Positions 1-7,003 of a DNA stretch of 64,000 nt are shown piece after piece. The notes under the pieces were generated by a model. It did not search any database. It worked only from the letters and a program-made list of their open reading frames with translations, and was not told the DNA's origin. The stretch lies in NCBI GenBank assembly GCA_013349325.1, contig DUZX01000002.1:107987-171986 (forward strand). Reading direction: 5' to 3'. Position numbers and translations under genes: made by a program. How positions within the stretch are numbered: position 1 is the stretch's first letter; the number at the start of each line of letters is the position of its first letter. Source of the DNA: Desulfuromonadales bacterium (GTDB lineage: Bacteria > Desulfobacterota > Desulfuromonadia > Geobacterales > Pseudopelobacteraceae).

Positions 1-1844
1 GCCTCAAGTTCCGGCCGGATTTCACCATCCGTTTTGGTGATGAAGTCCTTGTCTGTCAGATCATCCTTGAGGCCAATCCGTATTGTTCGGGCACTCGCTG
101 TGGTGGTTATCTTTCTTACCCGCTCGGCAAAGGCACTGTCAGGTGTCAGTTGCTCCCATGGCAGTCGCAGCAGGATGTCCTGCTCATAGTCGAATGGTCG
201 CACATCGGCGCCATCCACCCTGTTGACGTGTGGCAGATAGATTTTCGTGGTGCGGAACTCCTCCCGGCGGTTGATCGTGCGCGGCTCGGGGCGTTTCGCT
301 CCATCCCCCTTGTACTCACGGATCTGGTCAGCCAGATCAGCCATGCCATCTTGTTCCAGCCCGGCTTTGACGGCATCAATCACCTCACGAGTTGAAGCGT
401 GGTGACAGATCACATAACACTCGTCCAGGGCGTCGATCCCGGTTTTAATCGTATTGGGCTGACGGAGTATTCTCCCGACCAGTTGTGTCAAGGCACTTTT
501 GTTTGTTGTTGCCGCCAAGGCGCACAGGACGTAGGCAAAAGGGCAGTCCCACCCTTCCTGCAGCGCTTGCTTGGTGATAATGAAACGCACCTGGCAGGTT
601 TTACTCAAAAGATCGATATTCTCCGGGTCTTTCAGCTCATTCTTTTCAGCCGTCTTTTCGGCAATCTCATTTTCGCTTACTCCCAGGGTCAGCAGATACT
701 CTCGCACCTCTGCCGCGTGAATGAGGCCGCTCTCCCGCTGATCCTTGCCGGTTCGCTCCACCTGAATCAGGGCGATAGGGCGAATATAGCGGCTCGTTTC
801 ACTTTGCAGCCGTTCGGCTTCGCGTTGCAGGTCATTGAGCCGTTCCAGACTTTCCCGCAGGCAGTCCCGCCACTCTTCGCCGCCATGCACGGTCACGTTG
901 AGCGGCAGCTTGATCATTCCTTCCCGGTCCAGCTCTTTTCCCCGCACATCCACCAGCCAGTTGCTGTACATGGGTGGAATGTCTTTGGGGCGATCCTTGG
1001 GGGTTGCCGACAGCTCCAGCACAAAACTCGGATTCAAGCCGTATAGCGTGTTTAAAGCCAGTTTGGAGTATCCTTTGTGCCCTTCGTCCAGCACCACAAT
1101 CGGCTGGATAGAACGGAGGACGTTGCCGAGAGAATCCTTGACGATAACCCCCATCTCCTCTCTGTTACCGTACACATCAAGATTCGGTACGTTCAGCAGC
1201 TCCTGATGATGTGCAAGATAATCATCCGCCACAGGGAAGAAACCGTGGACATTGCCCCGGTCGCGGAAGATGCGCAGGGTTTCCTGAGTCTCCCGGTTTG
1301 CCGACTGGAGCATCAGCAGCATTACGCACAGGTGGCTTTCAACATCCCGCTTGTTGAGCGGGTCGTTTTTCTCCAGGATTTTGACCCGTCCGGCGGCGGC
1401 CTTGTCCAGTTGCTGGCGATTAGGGTGATTACGGTTGCACAGTGCCCTCTTGGTCTGGCTGTAGATGGATTCATTCGGCACAATCCAGAGTACAAATCCG
1501 TAATTGCTGTCGATATATTTGGACATGATGCGGGATACGGCGTTCGCCGCCAGGATGGTTTTACCACCACCAGTGGGGACCTTGAGGGCAATTGAGGGGA
1601 CCGGGCGGCCAACTCCGTCACTGCGAGGGCTGAAGGGAATAGCGTGTCGAACCGGCGGAAGTCTATCTGCGCTCTTGAGCTTGCCCCATGCCTTCTCCGT
1701 GGGATCAGGCAAAGGCAGGTCGAGGTCGGGATTCTCCTGTTTGAGCGCAACAATCTTCAGATAATTGGCCTGACTGGACTTCAATTCATCCAGATAGCTG
1801 TCAAGGGTATCGAGTACCCGTTGCTGGAAATCTTTAAGTTCCAT
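1..1844 (-). CDS. res: Type III restriction enzyme Res subunit (SF2 helicase/endonuclease); 3' end lies outside the window
   Basis: The ORF track omits it because it runs off the window. My own minus-strand translation from the ATG at 1844-1842 stays open to position 1: MELKDFQQRVLDTLDSYLDEL... It has Walker A VPTGGGKT, a DEAH-type box VVLDEGHK, and a late helicase motif QALQEGWDCPFAYVL. It is co-oriented with and downstream of the mod gene. Confidence 0.8.
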   Translation of the reverse strand, partial: MELKDFQQRVLDTLDSYLDELKSSQANYLKIVALKQENPDLDLPLPDPTEKAWGKLKSADRLPPVRHAIPFSPRSDGVGRPVPSIALKVPTGGGKTILAANAVSRIMSKYIDSNYGFVLWIVPNESIYSQTKRALCNRNHPNRQQLDKAAAGRVKILEKNDPLNKRDVESHLCVMLLMLQSANRETQETLRIFRDRGNVHGFFPVADDYLAHHQELLNVPNLDVYGNREEMGVIVKDSLGNVLRSIQPIVVLDEGHKGYSKLALNTLYGLNPSFVLELSATPKDRPKDIPPMYSNWLVDVRGKELDREGMIKLPLNVTVHGGEEWRDCLRESLERLNDLQREAERLQSETSRYIRPIALIQVERTGKDQRESGLIHAAEVREYLLTLGVSENEIAEKTAEKNELKDPENIDLLSKTCQVRFIITKQALQEGWDCPFAYVLCALAATTNKSALTQLVGRILRQPNTIKTGIDALDECYVICHHASTREVIDAVKAGLEQDGMADLADQIREYKGDGAKRPEPRTINRREEFRTTKIYLPHVNRVDGADVRPFDYEQDILLRLPWEQLTPDSAFAERVRKITTTASARTIRIGLKDDLTDKDFITKTDGEIRPELE

Positions 1845-1869
1845 TCATTGTCCCGTGTCGACGTATTGT

Positions 1870-1979
1870 GTAGGGGCGAAGCAAGCCGTATCTGCTTCGC
1901 CCATGTCGGAATCGCCACCAAAAAGGGCAATCACCACCAAAGGCGGGCGAAGCACGGTGAAGCTGTGCTTTGGCCCTAC
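1870..1979. repeat. REPIN copy A (two inverted REP hairpins, GTAG...CTAC termini)
   Basis: GTAGGGGCGAAGCAagccgtatcTGCTTCGCCC, then a spacer, then GGGCGAAGCACggtgaagctGTGCTTTGGCCCTAC. The terminal CTAC (GTAG on the minus strand) supplies the TAG stop codon of the RAYT ORF. Confidence 0.75.
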
Positions 1980-2602
1980 GTGGGTTGCTGTTGATTTGCA
2001 GGATTTTCCTTGTCCAATTTCCACTTCAGTGGATTGTTAATGATATATTCCCGTGCTCGCTCCAGCTCTGCATCGTTGCGGATGACCCGTTCGTAATAGT
2101 TTCGCTGCCAAACCGGGCAACCGAGATTCTGGCGGATTTTATTGATCTTGCGGGTTGAAACAGATTTAAAATTCTGGACAGCCGCAGCAAATGAGCCAGA
2201 AACAGTACCATGCAAAAGATTTTGTAGGGGCGAAGCAAGCGTCTCACCTGCTTCGCCCTTGCCTGAATCGACATCAAAACCGGGCAAAGCAGATGAACCT
2301 TGCTTTGCCCCTACGTTATCGTTATTTGCTGTGTCGTTAATCTGTAAAATTCCGTGAAAATGATTCGGCATGATCACGTGTTGGTCTAAATCCAGGTTTG
2401 CAAAATGCCTGATTAACCCACACCAAACTGATTCAACAACCTGCCCCAATTCATTCAACCGCATTTTACCATCAACAAAGTCACCGAACAGGCATTCCCG
2501 TTGCCAGGCACAGAGTGTCACAAAATACGCCCCGGCCTGCGAATAATCATAATCCTTCAGGCGGATTGAATGGCGGTGGTGAATGTCTGGGTTAAAAATC
2601 AT
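1976..2602 (-). CDS. REP-associated tyrosine transposase (RAYT; IS200/IS605-like Y1 HUH family)
   Basis: 208 aa. HUH motif MPNHFHGILQ and catalytic-Tyr region WQRNYYERVIRND...YIINNPLKW. It is flanked by GTAG-headed palindromes. Confidence 0.75.
   Translation of the reverse strand: MIFNPDIHHRHSIRLKDYDYSQAGAYFVTLCAWQRECLFGDFVDGKMRLNELGQVVESVWCGLIRHFANLDLDQHVIMPNHFHGILQINDTANNDNVGAKQGSSALPGFDVDSGKGEAGETLASPLQNLLHGTVSGSFAAAVQNFKSVSTRKINKIRQNLGCPVWQRNYYERVIRNDAELERAREYIINNPLKWKLDKENPANQQQPT
2224..2314. repeat. REPIN copy B, located inside the RAYT coding sequence
   Basis: GTAGGGGCGAAGCAagcgtctcaccTGCTTCGCCC, then ttgcctgaatcgacatcaaaac, then CGGGCAAAGCAgatgaaccTTGCTTTGCCCCTAC. It is read through in frame as ...VGAKQGSSALPGFDVDSGKGEAGETLASPLQ... 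Confidence 0.75.
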
Positions 2603-2613
2603 AATGATCCTTT

Positions 2614-2721
2614 GTAGGTGCGAAGTAGGGGCGAAGCAAGTTTTACCTGCTTCGCCCTTGCCTTGCCAGAATCGACATCAAAGGCGGGCGAAGCACGATT
2701 AAGCTGTGCTGTCGCCCCTAC
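2614..2721. repeat. REPIN copy C (with an extra partial head GTAGGTGCGAA)
   Basis: GTAGGTGCGAA GTAGGGGCGAAGCAagttttaccTGCTTCGCCC, then ...gaatcgacatcaaa..., then GGGCGAAGCACgattaagctGTGCTGTCGCCCCTAC. It sits between the RAYT start and the mod stop. Confidence 0.75.
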
Positions 2722-2743
2722 GATTCAGATCGCCGTTTGTTTA

Positions 2744-4675
2744 TCAATCCTTCTCAAACCGGTACAGCGCGAAGGGTAGTGGCGCATGCTCAACGCCGAG
2801 TGGCAGCAGGTGCTTACTGGCGACAAATCGGGCTGGCGCAAAAACCAGATGACGTTTATTGGGCGAATCGCCATTCGCCCCTACAAAAGTGGCGGCGATT
2901 TTCTCCGCCAGGGTCAGCGTTAAAGCCGCATCCCGGGATTTGAGCCAGTCCAGATTCGGTCGGTAGATCAGCCAGACATGGTAGCTGGGACTTTCACCCA
3001 GATACCATTCAGCAATGATGGCGTCATCCGTAGGGGCGTTCCCTCGTAGGGGCGTATTGCCTTGTAGGGGCGTATTGCCTTGTAGGGGCGTATTGCAATA
3101 CGCCCCTACCCAGTTCGGCAACGCCATCCCGGTGGCGGTATGAAACAACCACGCGCCGATACTGCGGAAATCGGGAAGATGTTCACCGGTCAGCAGTTTA
3201 TCAAGATCTAGTGGTTGTCCAAGTGTGCAGTAGGTGAAACCGCCGCCCAATCCTTCGGATCTCTCGATTATTTTCTTCTCGCCAATAACCAGCAATTCGT
3301 CATTTTTGATGGTCTTGCTGATCTTGTCGAAGCGCTTCCCTTTCACCTGTTCGAGGTGCTCAATCTCGCGCAGCAGTTTGGGCGCATCCTTGAGCGTCGA
3401 GAAGTTGACTTTTTTGCGGAACAACTCTTCCTTCTGCGTCCCCTCGTATTTGTAGCCATTGATCACCCGGCGGACACGTTCGGCAGTCAGGGTGTCGGCG
3501 TACTCTTCGCACTCCACCAGAATAAAGTTGCGGTTACCTCCGTCTTTGGCATTGAGGGCGAGAACAGCATGGGCAGTCGTGCCGGAACCGGCGAAGGAGT
3601 CGAGAACAATGGAGTTGCTGTCGGTGGCGAGCTGGAGGACACGCTCAATCAGTTTGGTCGGTTTGGGAGTGACGAAGACATCTTCTGAGGTTTCGAAATT
3701 TAGGATTGAAAGTAGTTCTTTCTTGGCGTCCTGGGTATGGCCCACTTCGTTGTAGAACCAGAGAGTTTGCGGAACTACACCTTGCTTGACTTCGGAGAGA
3801 AAGCGTTTGAGTCGAGGAACGTTGTCCTTGTTTTCGCCCCACCAAATACGTTCATCAGCATTTAACTCGTGAAATTTTTCTTCTTTAACTCGCCAATATG
3901 TCCCTGGTGGCGGGCCATCAATAATCCGGCCTGATGGGCTGGTTATAGGATAGGTTCCTAAGCTGTAATAGTTTCGTGCGGAAAGGTCAGAAGACGACCA
4001 AGGGCCACGTTCATCCTTATCTGGATTTGCGTAGCGAGCCTCCATAATTTCTGTACGTGGCATGAGTGCCGGAGCCCAGTTTGCAGAATCCTTGGCGTAC
4101 ACGATCAAGTAGTCGTGATCTTCAGAAAATTGTCGTGCAGTGTTCTTTGGTGAAAAGTTCTTTTGCCAGATGACTGTTGTTACAAAATTCTCCGCTCCAA
4201 AAATATCATCAAGGATCAACCGGGCATGGTGGATTTCGTTGTCGTCCAATGTCATCCAAAAGCTGCCCTGCTCAGACAGTAATTCGTGCAGCAGTTTCAG
4301 GCGCGGGTACATCAAGCAGGCCCACTTGTCGTGACGAAGCATGTCCTCCCGATTGATCGGATTGCTGGAGAGCCATTCCCGCATGATGGGGGAGTTGACG
4401 TTGTCGTTGTAGCACCAGTTTTCGTTGCCGGTGTTGTACGGAGGATCAATAAAAATACAGTCAACCTTGCCCGCGTAGTGGGGCAGCAGTGCCTTCAGGG
4501 CATGCAGATTGTCGCCATGAATGATCAGGTTGCCGCTCACCCCATCCCCACCCCGACCCTCCCCTTGAAGGGGAGGGAGAATGGATTTTTCCGGGTGTGT
4601 TTCCAGCGGTCGATACGGCACCGTCAGATGATGGTTATAAACAAACTCTTTTCCCTTAAAATATAGTTCGGGCAT
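2744..4675 (-). CDS. mod: Type III R-M DNA methyltransferase Mod subunit (N6-adenine, beta-class)
   Basis: 643 aa. Motif IV is CIFIDPPYNTGNE and motif I is VLDSFAGSGTTAHAV. A strong RBS AAGGAAGG precedes the ATG at 4675. The res gene lies downstream. Confidence 0.85.
   Translation of the reverse strand: MPELYFKGKEFVYNHHLTVPYRPLETHPEKSILPPLQGEGRGGDGVSGNLIIHGDNLHALKALLPHYAGKVDCIFIDPPYNTGNENWCYNDNVNSPIMREWLSSNPINREDMLRHDKWACLMYPRLKLLHELLSEQGSFWMTLDDNEIHHARLILDDIFGAENFVTTVIWQKNFSPKNTARQFSEDHDYLIVYAKDSANWAPALMPRTEIMEARYANPDKDERGPWSSSDLSARNYYSLGTYPITSPSGRIIDGPPPGTYWRVKEEKFHELNADERIWWGENKDNVPRLKRFLSEVKQGVVPQTLWFYNEVGHTQDAKKELLSILNFETSEDVFVTPKPTKLIERVLQLATDSNSIVLDSFAGSGTTAHAVLALNAKDGGNRNFILVECEEYADTLTAERVRRVINGYKYEGTQKEELFRKKVNFSTLKDAPKLLREIEHLEQVKGKRFDKISKTIKNDELLVIGEKKIIERSEGLGGGFTYCTLGQPLDLDKLLTGEHLPDFRSIGAWLFHTATGMALPNWVGAYCNTPLQGNTPLQGNTPLRGNAPTDDAIIAEWYLGESPSYHVWLIYRPNLDWLKSRDAALTLTLAEKIAATFVGANGDSPNKRHLVFAPARFVASKHLLPLGVEHAPLPFALYRFEKD
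2861..2884. repeat. Single REP hairpin inside mod
   Basis: Plus strand GGGCGAATCGCCATTCGCCCCTAC, which is GTAGGGGCGAATGGCGATTCGCCC on the minus strand. It is translated as VGANGDSP in Mod. Confidence 0.65.
3030..3109. repeat. Tandem array of REP heads ending in a perfect 28-bp REP palindrome, inside mod
   Basis: GTAGGGGCGTTCCCTC GTAGGGGCGTATTGCCTT GTAGGGGCGTATTGCCTT GTAGGGGCGTATTGCAATACGCCCCTAC. In Mod it is translated as ...YCNTPLQGNTPLQGNTPLRGNAPT... Confidence 0.8.
4538..4580. repeat. G/C-tract plus a 10-bp-arm palindrome (CCCTCCCCTTgAAGGGGAGGG), inside the mod 5' region
   Basis: Perfect inverted arms lie at 4558-4567 and 4569-4578. It is translated as PPLQGEGRGGDGVSG just upstream of the conserved NLIIHGDNL...DPPYN core. 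Confidence 0.6.
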
Positions 4676-4705
4676 GGTGCCTTCCTTGGTTTATTGTTTG
4701 GTTTC

Positions 4706-4804
4706 GTAGGGGCGACCGGCCGGTCGCCCCTGGCACCGGTCGCCCCTATGGCATAAGCACCATTTACATCTATTGCAGCGAGGGCGCATGCGATGCGCCC
4801 CTAC
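4706..4804. repeat. REP doublet in the flhB-mod intergenic region
   Basis: GTAGGGGCGACCGGCCGGTCGCCCCT, then a partial copy accggtcgcccctat, then AGGGCGCATGCGATGCGCCCCTAC. It has the same GTAGGGGCG head as the other copies but a different stem sequence. Confidence 0.7.
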
Positions 4805-4846
4805 GAAATCGCATCCAAACGGTATATCAATTTCCTGTACTTGTCC

Positions 4847-5833
4847 TTACATTGTCCCCTTCAGCTTGTAAACATACGCCAACACTTCAGCTACCGCTGC
4901 ATAGAGCGATTCGGGGATCGGTTCGTTCTCCTTTACCTGGGCGTAAAGTTCACGCGCCAGCATACGGTTTTCGACCAGTGTGATCTTGTGCTCACGGGCG
5001 ATTTTCTTGATCGCCTCGGCCATCAGGTCAGCACCCTTGGCCAGCACCACCGGAGCAATCATCTTCTGGCGATCATATTTCAGGGCAACGGCAAAATGGG
5101 TCGGGTTCGTGATAATCACATCCGCCATCGGAATTATCTTCGTCATCCGGCGACGGGCCAGCTGGAACTGCATCTGTTTGAGCTTGCCCTTTATTTCGGG
5201 ATTGCCTTCAGATTCCTTGGTCTCGTCTTTAACCTCCTGCTTGGTCATCTTGAGATTGTCCATGTAGCGCCACTTGACATAGAGCATGTCCAGAATGCCG
5301 AGGACGATCATGATACCGCAGGTGTGGGTAACGATCTTGAATGCGATGTGGCCGATAAAATTGAAAATGGTCTGAATATCCGCTTCCGCCAGAAAGGTGA
5401 TATTCTGCATTTCGTCGCGCAGTACGCCGTAGGCTATCCAGGCTACGACCGCCAGCTTGAGTAGCGATTTCAGCATTTCCACCAGTGCATCTTTGTTAAA
5501 CAGCCGCCCAAAACCGTTCAGCGGATTAAGTTTCGTAAAATCGACCTTAAGACGTGAGAGCCGGAATTCGAGTTGCCCGTTATCTTGAACGACGCTGGAA
5601 AAAATGGCGGTCAAAATAACCGTAAGGATGAGCGGCGCCAGAACCAGTACAACAGTTCCGAACAATTCGAGCACCAAAACGTAGATGTTGGCTTCGGTCA
5701 GCTGAAATTTACCCATTGTCGACAGTATGCTGACGGTACTCTTTTTGAGCGCATCCATCATAAAACTGCCAAAAACATACAGGGAGACAATACCTGTCAA
5801 CAGGGTCAGCGACGAGGTCAACATCTGACTCAT
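4847..5833 (-). CDS. flhB: Flagellar export apparatus protein FlhB. The first canonical start is at 5833, but conserved N-terminal residues are encoded upstream to 5923.
   Basis: NPTH autocleavage site (VIITNPTHFAVALKYD), C-terminal AEVLAYVYKLKG, and a polytopic N-domain. It follows fliR. Confidence 0.9.
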   Translation of the reverse strand: MSQMLTSSLTLLTGIVSLYVFGSFMMDALKKSTVSILSTMGKFQLTEANIYVLVLELFGTVVLVLAPLILTVILTAIFSSVVQDNGQLEFRLSRLKVDFTKLNPLNGFGRLFNKDALVEMLKSLLKLAVVAWIAYGVLRDEMQNITFLAEADIQTIFNFIGHIAFKIVTHTCGIMIVLGILDMLYVKWRYMDNLKMTKQEVKDETKESEGNPEIKGKLKQMQFQLARRRMTKIIPMADVIITNPTHFAVALKYDRQKMIAPVVLAKGADLMAEAIKKIAREHKITLVENRMLARELYAQVKENEPIPESLYAAVAEVLAYVYKLKGTM

Positions 5834-5923
5834 CGGCGGCGGGCCGTCCTCGCGCGACTTTTCGAGCCGCTTACCGGTTGGCTGTTCGGTTTTGGAGTGT
5901 TTATCTACATCTTCAGCCGTAGG

Positions 5924-6718
5924 TCATCCCCCCTTTGCCATCAGCCGGAAGAGCGTTTCAATCTGCCCCCCCAGGCGTCCGAAGGAAACCTCCAGGACGT
6001 GGAAAAAAATAGTCAGTGTCATTGCCAGTATAATCAATCCCAGTCCAATATTGAGTGGCAGGCTGAGCATGAAAATGTTCATTTGCGGGAAGGCACGTGC
6101 CATGATACCGAGCGCCACCGTTGTCAGTAGCAGAGCCACCATTACCGGTGCTGCCAGCCGGATTCCGATTATAAATACATCAGCCATTCCCATGACAAGT
6201 ACGGTGATCAGTTCTCCACGCAGGTGCCAGCCTCCCAGCGGGATCACGCGGAAGCTGTCTATGATGGCACGGATAAAGAGATGATGGACATTAAGTGCCA
6301 GAAACGTCAGTGTCGCGAACAGAGTTTGTATGACCGACATGATCTGGTTTGAAGTCCCCTGGGAAGGGTCGATGATGGACGAGATGGTGAGACCCATCTG
6401 CATGCCGATAATCTGGCCACTGAAATCAACGGCGGCGAAAATGATCTGGGTGATGAATGCCAGTGTCAGACCGACCATGACCTCTCCCAGGACGAGAAGA
6501 GCCAGGCTGAAGAGGTCGCCCGGTACTTCCGGCATGGCTACCGCCAGCGTCGGAAAACAGACCAGTGCCAGCATGAAAACGGTTGCCGCCTTGATCGTGA
6601 GTGGCAGCCGTCGGCCGCCGAAAACCGGCATGGCGGCAAAAATGCCTGCTACTCGACTCAGAACCAGTACAAAAAAAATGACTTCGCGCGGAGAGGGAAA
6701 GGGGAACAGCGGGTACAT
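5924..6718 (-). CDS. fliR: Flagellar export apparatus protein FliR
   Basis: 264-aa polytopic membrane protein between fliQ and flhB with a FliR-like hydrophobic pattern. Confidence 0.85.
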   Translation of the reverse strand: MYPLFPFPSPREVIFFVLVLSRVAGIFAAMPVFGGRRLPLTIKAATVFMLALVCFPTLAVAMPEVPGDLFSLALLVLGEVMVGLTLAFITQIIFAAVDFSGQIIGMQMGLTISSIIDPSQGTSNQIMSVIQTLFATLTFLALNVHHLFIRAIIDSFRVIPLGGWHLRGELITVLVMGMADVFIIGIRLAAPVMVALLLTTVALGIMARAFPQMNIFMLSLPLNIGLGLIILAMTLTIFFHVLEVSFGRLGGQIETLFRLMAKGG

Positions 6719-6725
6719 GGGAGGA

Positions 6726-6995
6726 CTAGCGCCTCATGGTGGCAATAAACGAGTATATCTCGCGTGTAAAGTCGCCCATGTAGCTCATCATCCAGGGGAA
6801 GAATATGATCATGGCCACCATTACGGCAATGATTTTGGGCGCAAAGGCCAGCGTTGCTTCATTGATGGAGGTCACCGCCTGAAAGACGCTGATGATCAGG
6901 CCGACAATCAGGCTGGCGATCAGGAGTGGCGCGGCCAGGAGCAGCGTGGCTTCAAAGCTGCGGCGGGCGAGTTGTACAACCAGTTCGGGAGTCAT
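6726..6995 (-). CDS. fliQ: Flagellar export apparatus protein FliQ
   Basis: 89 aa with two TM segments, located between fliP and fliR. Confidence 0.85.
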   Translation of the reverse strand: MTPELVVQLARRSFEATLLLAAPLLIASLIVGLIISVFQAVTSINEATLAFAPKIIAVMVAMIIFFPWMMSYMGDFTREIYSFIATMRR

Positions 6996-7003
6996 GGCGT
7001 CAC

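Larger units (their letters stand above)
1870..2721. mobile_element. REPtron-like unit: a RAYT gene bracketed by, and containing, GTAG-headed REP doublets (REPINs)
   Basis: Three about 90-110 bp units lie at the 3' end, inside, and just 5' of ORF 1976..2602. Each has the form GTAGGGGCGAAGCA-loop-TGCTTCGCCC ... GGGC(G/A)AAGCA-loop-TGCTT.GCCCCTAC. Confidence 0.7.

Noticed and set aside
399-1764. Several plus-strand ORFs (399..1046, 835..1206, 1077..1595, 1504..1764), plus minus-strand ORF 1322..1753 in a different frame.
   Set aside because: They lie antisense to, or out of frame with, an uninterrupted minus-strand frame that encodes a clear Type III Res helicase (Walker A, DEGH). Their sequences are low-complexity or Arg/Ser/Pro-rich, typical of shadow ORFs in GC-rich DNA.
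3030-3109. Possibility that the tandem 18-nt repeats are a small CRISPR array.
   Set aside because: The repeats are directly adjacent with no spacers and lie inside an intact mod ORF. They share the GTAGGGGCG head of the surrounding REP elements, and no cas genes are present.
5924-5926. Possibility that the in-frame TGA between fliR and flhB encodes selenocysteine.
   Set aside because: I could not see a convincing bacterial SECIS-like hairpin immediately downstream. No known FliR or FlhB is a selenoprotein. Read-through, non-canonical initiation or a sequence error are more parsimonious explanations.
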